Shown piece by piece: positions 18,014-26,103 of a stretch of DNA of 64,000 bases. Both the position numbers and the translations under genes were made by a program. The DNA is from Syntrophales bacterium (GTDB lineage Bacteria; Desulfobacterota; Syntrophia; Syntrophales; UBA8958), in contig DAORXN010000007.1 of assembly GCA_035358955.1 (NCBI GenBank), forward strand, positions 27,174 to 91,173, written 5' to 3'. Position 1 is the first letter of the stretch; each line of letters begins with the position of its first letter. Below the pieces are notes generated by a model, which worked only from the letters and a program-made list of their open reading frames with translations, searched no databases and had not been told where the DNA came from.

Positions 18014-19399
18014 CTACCATATCTTTCCGGGGTTGAGGATCCCCTTTGGGTCCAAGGCCTCTTTTATGGCTCGCAGGGTTTTGACCCCTTCGTCGCCCAG
18101 GGCCTTTCTTATGTAAGGCTTCTTCGTGATACCAATGCCGTGTTCGCCCGACAGGGTGCCACCCACGGCCAGGGCGGCGTCGAATATTTCCTCCACTGCC
18201 TTATGGACACGCCTTTCTTCTTCCGGGTTTTTCAGATTACATAGGATGGAGGGATGGATGTTTCCATCCCCCGCGTGTCCGTAAACGGCAATCGTGAGGT
18301 TGTGCCTTTGGGCAATAGCGTTTATGCGTCTTACCACTTCGGGGAAAGCAGAGCGTGGGACGGATATGTCTTCCCCGATGCGGTCCGGGGCAAGTGCTGC
18401 AATGGCGGAGCTTACACCGCGTCTTATCGCCCATAGCTCTTCCGCTTCCTTGGAATCTTGGGCGACATTGAAGCGAAAGGCTTTGAGGCCTTCGGCAATG
18501 GCGCGGATGGCTTTGGTTTGCCTTTCCAGCTCTTTTTCGTCACTTCCGTCAATTTCTATGATGAGGCAGGCCCCAAAGGAGGAATCGAGCGTTAGGTTCT
18601 TATGCTTTGCGACGGCGGTGAGGCATATGCGGTCCATGATCTCGGCTGCGGCGGGGGTTATGCCGGAAACGAGCATCTGTTGAACGGCGAGGCATCCCTC
18701 TTCCAGTTCAGCAAACATGACCTGAATGGTGCCCCGCTTTTTGGGCATGGGAATGAGGCGCAAGATGGCCTTCGTTATTATCCCTAAGGTGCCCTCGGAA
18801 CCCACGAACAGACTCGTCAAATCGTAACCCGTCACGTTCTTTATGGCCTTTCCCCCCGTGTTGATAACGGTTCCATCGGCTAAAACCACCTCCAGGCCCA
18901 TGACGTAGTTTTTCGTCACGCCGTATTTTACGGCCCTCATGCCGCCTGCATTTTCCGCAATGTTTCCACCGATGGTGGAAAACTTCCAGCTGGCCGGATC
19001 CGGCGGGTAGAAAAGGCCACGGGCGGCACAGAAGTCGTATACGTCTGCCGTCCTTGCCCCTGCCTCCACCGTGACCATCATATTGGCCTCGTCGAGTTCC
19101 CAGATTCTCGTCATTCGATCCATTGACAGGGCCAGGCCTCCCGCCAGGGGAATACTTCCCCCCGTCCTTCCACTGGCGGCCCCCCGAGGGGTTACGGGAA
19201 TCTCGTTTTCGTAGGCGAGACTCAAAAGGTGGGATACTTCTTCCACGGTGGCCGGGCGGACGACCATCTCCGGTTTGTGACGGGCACTTAAGGAAACGAA
19301 GGAGGCATCGTATGAATATCCGAAGCGATCGAGCTCCCCTTCCAGGCAGTTTCTCTCCCCCACAATCCGCCTAATTTGCGCTTTTATTCTCTCTTCCAT
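18014..19399 (-). CDS. FAD-linked oxidase (GlcD / D-lactate dehydrogenase family)
   Basis: 461 aa. FAD-binding PCMH-type domain (..VTPRGAASGRTGGSIP..) and C-terminal GGTLSGEHGIG motif. Directly upstream of the GlcF-like gene. Confidence 0.9.
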   Translation of the reverse strand: MEERIKAQIRRIVGERNCLEGELDRFGYSYDASFVSLSARHKPEMVVRPATVEEVSHLLSLAYENEIPVTPRGAASGRTGGSIPLAGGLALSMDRMTRIWELDEANMMVTVEAGARTADVYDFCAARGLFYPPDPASWKFSTIGGNIAENAGGMRAVKYGVTKNYVMGLEVVLADGTVINTGGKAIKNVTGYDLTSLFVGSEGTLGIITKAILRLIPMPKKRGTIQVMFAELEEGCLAVQQMLVSGITPAAAEIMDRICLTAVAKHKNLTLDSSFGACLIIEIDGSDEKELERQTKAIRAIAEGLKAFRFNVAQDSKEAEELWAIRRGVSSAIAALAPDRIGEDISVPRSAFPEVVRRINAIAQRHNLTIAVYGHAGDGNIHPSILCNLKNPEEERRVHKAVEEIFDAALAVGGTLSGEHGIGITKKPYIRKALGDEGVKTLRAIKEALDPKGILNPGKIW

Positions 19400-19447
19400 G
19401 GCCGTTCAAAAAAACGGGCTTTATATTAGGGGAGCCTAAGGGAGCTG

Positions 19448-19606
19448 TCAACGATTTTCGGAGGGGTCTTTTTCTTCTTCCGTCAGTTTAGGGAAGCACT
19501 TCGCATCCACCCACAGACCGCCAATTTTGCAGGCCCGCTTATGCTTCTTACAGGCTGTTTTCTTCTTTTCTTGCTTCTTTTCTTTCTCTTCCGCCGCCTC
19601 GCTCAT
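19448..19606 (-). CDS. Possible small Lys/Glu-rich, 3-Cys protein (52 aa), hypothetical
   Basis: My translation: MSEAAEEKEKKQEKKKTACKKHKRACKIGGLWVDAKCFPKLTEEEKDPSENR. It is below the ORF-track size cutoff and fills an otherwise empty 290-nt gap upstream of the glcD-like gene. No clear Shine-Dalgarno. Confidence 0.25.
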   Translation of the reverse strand: MSEAAEEKEKKQEKKKTACKKHKRACKIGGLWVDAKCFPKLTEEEKDPSENR

Positions 19607-19693
19607 GTAACCGGGCTAAACGAATTGCCGGGAAGGTTCAATCGGCCGCCATCTGAATTAGCCGTGAGAAGAATTGTAATTCATGTGTCGGCA

Positions 19694-21406
19694 TTAGTCT
19701 GATAAAGACCGGACCGTTTTTCCTATGAGGCGGTAGTTGAATTCGTAGCCCAGGGCGCCGCTCCAGTCTTCTTCGAAGACGCCCTTGTATCTCGTGCCAT
19801 CCACAGGTCCCACCGGTTTGCCGTACGTATAGAACCAGTTGACCACGGGCGAACCGGTGAAACCCAGGGCAATCCAGTAGCGTCCCGGCAAGAGCTCGGG
19901 TCGGTCGGGAAATTCGAAGTCTTCCCACCGATATCCTGGGCGCAGGGAAAGCTTCTCCAGGTCCACGAAGGAGCTTGCCGTAATAATATCGCCCGGTTTG
20001 CCGTTTTTATCTGCCAACAGGTCTACCCATAGGATGCCGTCTCCACCGAACTTGTGCAAGGCGAGGCCCACTTTTTCTAACTTGACCGGTTTCGTGAGGA
20101 CGAAGGCCTGGGCATACTGGGTTACGCCTTGGGTGACGTATTCCGCCGTCTCCACGAGGAAGTTCTTCTTCATTTCAAACTGATTATCCTTGGTTTTGGT
20201 TGTCGTTCTCGGGAATGCGAAGTTTACGTTCTCGGGAAATTTCAGGTTGCCAAACAAGAAGGGTTGGTCGTACTTTAGGGCCTTCTTTTCCGCCTCGGTA
20301 ATCACGGGCGGAGGTGGCGGGGGTGGAACTATCAGGGGTTTGAAGGCGGCTATGACGGGCGGCGTAAGGAGCAGGTTCTTAGGCCCGAAGTTTTCCCTTT
20401 TTCCGGCCACTACTACCTGGTCGGTTTTAAATTCGGCGTTTATGTTTTCCTGCAGGGAAGGTTGCTTGGCCCCCTTGACCTGGACCCACCGCACGAGCCC
20501 GTCATTTTTTGTTTCCGCATTGTCCGTGCCGATTTCGATCCGCAAGAATCGGTTCGAGACGAACAGGACAGAATTTTGGGCATCGAATGGCACCCATCCC
20601 AGATCGGGGAACCAGGCCTCAATCCACGAATGTCGCCCCTGGCCCATCTTAAAGGTGAGAATGCCCCGTTCCCACTTTACGTCAAGGGGCTTGTTCAGGG
20701 TAACGCCGTTTACGATCCGGGTGGGGATGCCGACGGCCCGTAGGAGGGCGGCACTCAGGTGGGAGTAATTCTGGCAGTTCCCCTGCCCTGATTCGAGGGT
20801 GTAAAGGGCATCGTACTGGGGCGGCGGGGTCACGTATCTGACGTTATCCACCACCCACGAGACGATTCTCTGGACGGCATCGAATTGGGTGGTTACCCCC
20901 TGGGTAAGTTCGGTGGCCAGTTTCTTTACCCTTTGGTCATCGGATTGCACCAGGGCGGTGGGTTTAAGGAAATCGGCGAGGTCGGGAGGGGTAGACGAAA
21001 GGGGGAAGGGGGCGTTGGTTTTTATTTTGTCCAGGCGGGTGAAACTCTTCGCCTCGCAGGTCAAGGTGATGTCGATTTGCGTGGGGCTTGAAGTCCAAGT
21101 GGCCTGCAGGATACTGTTACCCCGCTTGTCGGTTTTCGTTTGTTTTTCCTGTGGTTCGGGGCGAAGCGAAAGATGGCAGCCTTTCACCTCTTGTCCATAG
21201 GTGGGAGAGTGGAAACTTTGAGGGATCACAAAGGAGGCCTCTAATTTCCTCACCCCGTCCGGGGCCGTAATCTGTTGTTTCAATTCGTACTGCAGGGCGG
21301 AATCCATGCCACCGTTTAAGGTGTAATTTTCCGCTTCGGCCTTCATCGTTCCCGTCAAAAAGAAGAGGGCAAGCACAAAAGTGAGGGCGTTTCGTTTCAT
21401 TTTCAT
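19694..21406 (-). CDS. Secreted transglutaminase-like domain protein
   Basis: 570 aa. Signal peptide MKMKRNALTFVLALFFLTGTMKAEA. Transglutaminase core GQGNCQNYSHLSAALLRAVGIPTRIVNG with a downstream HSWIEAW. Internal PPPPPPPV linker. Confidence 0.8.
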   Translation of the reverse strand: MKMKRNALTFVLALFFLTGTMKAEAENYTLNGGMDSALQYELKQQITAPDGVRKLEASFVIPQSFHSPTYGQEVKGCHLSLRPEPQEKQTKTDKRGNSILQATWTSSPTQIDITLTCEAKSFTRLDKIKTNAPFPLSSTPPDLADFLKPTALVQSDDQRVKKLATELTQGVTTQFDAVQRIVSWVVDNVRYVTPPPQYDALYTLESGQGNCQNYSHLSAALLRAVGIPTRIVNGVTLNKPLDVKWERGILTFKMGQGRHSWIEAWFPDLGWVPFDAQNSVLFVSNRFLRIEIGTDNAETKNDGLVRWVQVKGAKQPSLQENINAEFKTDQVVVAGKRENFGPKNLLLTPPVIAAFKPLIVPPPPPPPVITEAEKKALKYDQPFLFGNLKFPENVNFAFPRTTTKTKDNQFEMKKNFLVETAEYVTQGVTQYAQAFVLTKPVKLEKVGLALHKFGGDGILWVDLLADKNGKPGDIITASSFVDLEKLSLRPGYRWEDFEFPDRPELLPGRYWIALGFTGSPVVNWFYTYGKPVGPVDGTRYKGVFEEDWSGALGYEFNYRLIGKTVRSLSD

Positions 21407-21415
21407 GTCCTTTCC

Positions 21416-21979
21416 TTAAAATTGGGCCGGCTTGCAGATTATCTCCCTTACCTTGAGATCGAAGAAGTCGGCGCTGTTGGCGGGTGTGAGAATGAGGGCC
21501 GTATCGATACCCGTTGCCGTGCCGCCCGCGGATATGCAATCCCGGTCAGTTCTCACCAATCCCGCATCGGCGGCCATGAGGGCTATCTCTATTGCCACCT
21601 TTACCCCTTGGCCGAAGGTTCTTAACGTATAGGCTATGATTTCGTCTATCTGATAGGTGCCGAGCTTCTTACGGACGGCACGCCCCACACCGCCGAAGGC
21701 GTGTTGGCAGGTGAGTACTTTAAGGCCCATTTGTTCTAACTTTTGCCTCGTCTCGGGGGGCATCTCCTGCACGTTGGGTTCACTAAAACCCGTTACGTGG
21801 GTGACGCAGACGAGGTTGGCCTTTTCTTTCAGTAATTGTGCCGCCTCGAGGGCCGTCCTTCCTGAACAGGAAGGGATGATGACGTCTTTTATTCCCTTTT
21901 CTTCTACACCGCTTAGAATCATTTCGAGCACTTCGGAAGTATTTTTCGCCCCGGGTCGGGAAAAATATTGGTACCTCAC
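21416..21979 (-). CDS. Pyruvate kinase C-terminal (alpha/beta) domain-like protein
   Basis: 187 aa. It resembles stand-alone PK_C-like proteins (..VIIPSCSGRTALEAA..VCVTHVTGF..); this is a family-level call from memory. Confidence 0.55.
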   Translation of the reverse strand: MRYQYFSRPGAKNTSEVLEMILSGVEEKGIKDVIIPSCSGRTALEAAQLLKEKANLVCVTHVTGFSEPNVQEMPPETRQKLEQMGLKVLTCQHAFGGVGRAVRKKLGTYQIDEIIAYTLRTFGQGVKVAIEIALMAADAGLVRTDRDCISAGGTATGIDTALILTPANSADFFDLKVREIICKPAQF

Positions 21980-22142
21980 CTTCCGTTACCTCCTCCTTTA
22001 ATTCTCGAATGATCGCGCCCTATCTTTTCCGTTTTTCCCCGTAGTTGTCAACGGAAAAGATACGTGATAGAAATTTTCGGAAATTAGGACGGAAGCCCGT
22101 TTTCGGGCAGGGTCCGAATAAGATGACACGAGGGGTTGAGCG

Positions 22143-23735
22143 ATGAAGGTAGCCCGCGTAAGTGAAATGAGGCAGATGGATCGCTACGCCATTGAAGTCT
22201 TGAAAATTCCGGAAATGGTTCTCATGGAAAATGCGGGCCTTGCGGCCATAGAGGTTTTAGAAAGAGAGGTTAGGATTAAAGGGCGCCGCTTCGTTGTTCT
22301 GTGCGGGCAAGGAAACAACGGTGGGGACGGGTTCGTGTGTGCCCGGCAGATAATTTCGCGTGGGGGAGAGGTTAGGGTCTTTATCGTCGGAACTGAAGCG
22401 TCCCTAAGGGGCGCTGCGGGAGAAAATCTTGCCCTCCTTAAGGGTATTACCCCTCACATCGAAATCCTTACCAGCCTTGAGGTGTTAAAAAGGGAGGCGC
22501 TTGGCGCCCATGTTATCATCGATGCCCTCTATGGAACGGGCTTAAACCGGGAGGTAGAGGGTTTTGCCGCCGAGGTAATAGATTGTGTGAATGATTTGGG
22601 GAAGCCTGTCTTGAGCCTCGATATCCCGTCGGGCATAAGCGGGGATTCGGGGGTGGTAATGGGAACGGCCATTCGGGCGACTTACACGGTTACCTTCGGC
22701 CTCCCCAAGGTGGGAAATATCCTCTACCCAGGTTTTGCCTATGGGGGGAGGCTCTATCACTCTTACATTTCTTTCCCACCGGCCTTGTACGAAAGTGATG
22801 AGTTGCTCATCTCTCTAAATGAGCCACCTTCCTTGCCGGCCCGCGATCCCGAGGCCCATAAGGGCCGGATGGGAGATTGCCTCTTTATCTCCGGTGCGCG
22901 TGGCTATCTGGGGGCTCCTTTCTTGTGCGCCATGTCCTTTCTTAAGGCAGGCGGGGGTTATGCGCGACTTGCGGCGCCAGTTTCCATCATCGGCACCATC
23001 GCGACCCTGGGGCCGGAAATAGTGTTTCTGCCGCAGAAGGAGACGGTCCAAGGGTCAATCTCGTTCGAGAATGCAGATAAGCTCCACGAGGCGGCAGAAA
23101 ATTGTGACCTGGTCGTCATCGGTCCCGGGTTATCTCTTGCCGAGGAAACGCGGGCCCTCGTCCGTCATCTCGTAGAAAGGATCGAAAGGCCTTTGATAGT
23201 GGACGGAGACGGTCTTACGGCGTTAGCGGAGGACCTTTCTATCTTACGCCGGCGCAAGGCCCCCACCTGCCTTACCCCCCATCCGGGAGAGATGGCGAGG
23301 TTAAGAGGGCTCACGACAAGAGAAATAAACGCCCGTCGGATCGAGGTAGCCCAGGAGACGGCACGGGATTTAGGGGTGGCTCTCGTTCTGAAAGGGGCCC
23401 ATTCCATTATCGGACTGCCCGACGGCCGGGTCTATATTAATCTTACGGGTAATGCGGGCATGGCCACGGCGGGCAGTGGGGATGTCCTAACGGGAACGAT
23501 TGCCGCCATGTACGGCCAGGGGCTTGCTTGGGATAAGGCGGTAAAAAAAGGGGTTTTTGTTCACGGCCGGGCGGGAGACCTGGCCCGTCTCGACTGGGGG
23601 GAGGAGGGTGTCACGGCTCGTTTAATAATGGAATACCTGCCTTCCACCCTCAAAGAAGATAGGAAATACGGTAGCACCCGGGCCCTTGCCGAGAAGATTA
23701 AAAGCCTCTCTCTTGACGATCCGTATCGGGCTTGA
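22143..23735 (+). CDS. nnr: Bifunctional NAD(P)H-hydrate repair enzyme (epimerase + ADP-dependent dehydratase)
   Basis: 530 aa. YjeF_N motif CGQGNNGGDGF and C-terminal carbohydrate-kinase motif GSGDVLTG. Confidence 0.9.
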   Translation: MKVARVSEMRQMDRYAIEVLKIPEMVLMENAGLAAIEVLEREVRIKGRRFVVLCGQGNNGGDGFVCARQIISRGGEVRVFIVGTEASLRGAAGENLALLKGITPHIEILTSLEVLKREALGAHVIIDALYGTGLNREVEGFAAEVIDCVNDLGKPVLSLDIPSGISGDSGVVMGTAIRATYTVTFGLPKVGNILYPGFAYGGRLYHSYISFPPALYESDELLISLNEPPSLPARDPEAHKGRMGDCLFISGARGYLGAPFLCAMSFLKAGGGYARLAAPVSIIGTIATLGPEIVFLPQKETVQGSISFENADKLHEAAENCDLVVIGPGLSLAEETRALVRHLVERIERPLIVDGDGLTALAEDLSILRRRKAPTCLTPHPGEMARLRGLTTREINARRIEVAQETARDLGVALVLKGAHSIIGLPDGRVYINLTGNAGMATAGSGDVLTGTIAAMYGQGLAWDKAVKKGVFVHGRAGDLARLDWGEEGVTARLIMEYLPSTLKEDRKYGSTRALAEKIKSLSLDDPYRA

Positions 23736-23752
23736 CCTGACCTAGGCCTTCC

Positions 23753-24727
23753 TCAATTTCCCCTCAACACGATGTAGTCGGCCAGGAGGTAAAGGGCCGA
23801 GACGGCGGGCGAGGGGGAAAGAGGGGGGAGATTCTGTTTTGCCTCTTCGATAAAGTCCCGGGCGCGCTTCATGGCGTAAGCGATGCCCTCATGGTTATCG
23901 ATGAAGCCCTTTATCCAGCGGAAATCGCTTTCATCCCTTGTCGATTTCCGGATGATTTCTTTCACCCGTTCTTTCTCGTCGCCTGTACCCCGGCTTAGGG
24001 CGCAAATGAGGGGAAGGGTAATTTTGCCTTCCGCCAGGTCCTTTCCGAGCGATTTTCCCAAATTTTCCTCCTTGGCGGTATAATCGAGGGCATCGTCTAC
24101 AATCTGGAAGGCCATGCCGGTTGCGTATCCAAAGCGGGCGAAACGGTTTATTTCTTCCTCCCCTGCACCGCCGATGATGGCGCCTATTTCGCATGCGGCG
24201 GATATGAGTACCGCTGTTTTCCCCTCGATGATCTTCAGGTAATCTGCTTCGGAAATGCCGATATCACCGACCTTGGTGAGCTGGAATACTTCGCCCTCCG
24301 CCATGGCCGTTGTGGCCCGGGCCAGGCACTTTATTACCCGCTGGTTTCCGTACTGGGTCATGAGATCGAAGGATCGGGCGTAAAGGTAATCTCCCACGAG
24401 GATACTCGCCTGGTTTCCCCAGATGTGGTTTGCCGAAACGCGCCCGCGACGGGTCTCGGCATTGTCGATTACATCGTCGTGCAGGAGAGAAGCGGTATGG
24501 ATAAACTCGATGACGGCGGCCAGGGGATATCGGGCCTCTTGCCCCCCACCACAGGCGGCGGCCACGGAGAGGAGCATGAGCGGCCTGATGCGCTTCCCTC
24601 CCCCTCCGATGATATGCCCCCCTACTTCGGCGATGAGCTTTACTTCCGAGGTTAGATTGGCTAACATCCAGCGCTCCACCTCGAGGAGGTCGCTTCGGTA
24701 CATATTTAAGACGTCTTCAATCCCCAT
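23753..24727 (-). CDS. Polyprenyl diphosphate synthase (long-chain, IspB/HepT-like)
   Basis: 324 aa. First and second Asp-rich motifs LLHDDVIDNAETRRG and QIVDDALD. Confidence 0.9.
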   Translation of the reverse strand: MGIEDVLNMYRSDLLEVERWMLANLTSEVKLIAEVGGHIIGGGGKRIRPLMLLSVAAACGGGQEARYPLAAVIEFIHTASLLHDDVIDNAETRRGRVSANHIWGNQASILVGDYLYARSFDLMTQYGNQRVIKCLARATTAMAEGEVFQLTKVGDIGISEADYLKIIEGKTAVLISAACEIGAIIGGAGEEEINRFARFGYATGMAFQIVDDALDYTAKEENLGKSLGKDLAEGKITLPLICALSRGTGDEKERVKEIIRKSTRDESDFRWIKGFIDNHEGIAYAMKRARDFIEEAKQNLPPLSPSPAVSALYLLADYIVLRGN

Positions 24728-24769
24728 GTTTTCCCTATAGGTGACCGGAGCGTGATTGTCAATAAGACT

Positions 24770-26092
24770 TCAGGTACATTCGGCGTAAAGGTCATACGTA
24801 TCGGCGGCAACGATAAGACCCTCCACTACCTCTCCGATTTTCGCTTTTTCTCCCCGGACGTAGGTGACGCCGTCGATTTCCGGCGCTTGTCTTGGCGTTC
24901 TCCCCCGATAGGGAAAGTCGGTTTTTTCGCTTACGCCCTCGATTAATATTTTCTGCCGTAAGCCCACCTGTCTTTCATTTGCCTCCCGAGAAATGGCGGC
25001 CTGTTCTTCCATGAGAAGATGAAGCCGCTCTTCTTTCACCCGGCGAGGGACGTAAGTCAGGCTTAATTTTGCTGCCTTCGTCCCTTCTTCTGGATAGAAG
25101 GCAAAGGTGCCCAGATGGTCGAATTTGGCCCATTTGATGAAATTGAAAAGTTCCTCAAATCTCTTCTCCGTTTCGCCGGGAAAGCCCACCATGATTGTTG
25201 TCCGCAAGGCTATATTCGGCACCATCGCGCGGGCCATGTTGATGATTTTTTCTACGTGTCTGCGATCGTAGCGACGATTCATGGCCTTGAGGATTCGGTC
25301 GTTTACGTGCTGGATGGGCAGGTCGAGATAGGGACAGATCTTTTCTGATTCCCCCATAACCTTAAGCAAGCTCTCTCTGAGCCGAGCCGGGTGGGTATAA
25401 AGCAGGCGTATCCAGGAGACGGAAGGGATGGCCGAAAGGTCTTTGAGTAGGTCTTCCAGTGTCGGCCGCTGGGGAAGGTCTGTCCCGTAAGCCGTGGTAT
25501 CCTGGGCAATCAGGATAATTTCTTTCACCCCAGAGCGGGCAAGTGCCTCGACTTCTAATAAAATATCATCCGGCGGGCGGCTCCTCTTTTTCCCCCGGAG
25601 ATGGGGGATGAGGCAGTAGCTGCAGAAATTGGAGCATCCCTCCGCTATTTTCACGTAAGCGTAAGGTGTGGCAGGCAAAAGGAGCCTTTCTTGGTGGCTC
25701 ATGAGATACTTGGGCGGAAAGAGGTGAAAAGGTACGCTCATGCCGGAGAGGAGCTTATTCAAGGAGGAAACGAGGCGGGGTATATCCCCCGGTCCGAGGA
25801 AAAGGTCCACCTCGGGAAGGGCTTCTTTTATTGCCCTCCCGTACCTCCTCGGTAGGCAACCGGCCACGGCAAGAATTCGGCACTTTTTCCCCTTGAATCG
25901 GGCCAGTTCCAGAATCTCTTCTACCGATTCTTCCACGGCGGGGCGGATGAAGGCACACGTGTTGACGATAATGATATCGGCATCCTCGGGTTTTTGGACA
26001 AGGAAGAATCCTCCCTTGAGAAGGGCCCCGGCCATTACCTCGCCGTCGACAGCATTTTTGGGACAACCCAGATTGGTGAAAAAAACTCTGAT
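24770..26092 (-). CDS. rimO: Ribosomal protein S12 methylthiotransferase RimO (start extended to a non-canonical ATC)
   Basis: Radical-SAM CxxxCxxC (GCSNFCSYCLIP) and a TRAM-like C-terminus. The track ORF starts at 26035, but the in-frame upstream codons encode IRVFFTNLGCPKNAVDGEV, the conserved MTTase N-terminus with the first cluster Cys. The only candidate start after the in-frame TAA (26099-26101) is ATC at 26092, preceded by GAGGTAAAGGA. Confidence 0.8.
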   Translation of the reverse strand: MRVFFTNLGCPKNAVDGEVMAGALLKGGFFLVQKPEDADIIIVNTCAFIRPAVEESVEEILELARFKGKKCRILAVAGCLPRRYGRAIKEALPEVDLFLGPGDIPRLVSSLNKLLSGMSVPFHLFPPKYLMSHQERLLLPATPYAYVKIAEGCSNFCSYCLIPHLRGKKRSRPPDDILLEVEALARSGVKEIILIAQDTTAYGTDLPQRPTLEDLLKDLSAIPSVSWIRLLYTHPARLRESLLKVMGESEKICPYLDLPIQHVNDRILKAMNRRYDRRHVEKIINMARAMVPNIALRTTIMVGFPGETEKRFEELFNFIKWAKFDHLGTFAFYPEEGTKAAKLSLTYVPRRVKEERLHLLMEEQAAISREANERQVGLRQKILIEGVSEKTDFPYRGRTPRQAPEIDGVTYVRGEKAKIGEVVEGLIVAADTYDLYAECT

Positions 26093-26103
26093 GGTCCTTT
26101 ACC

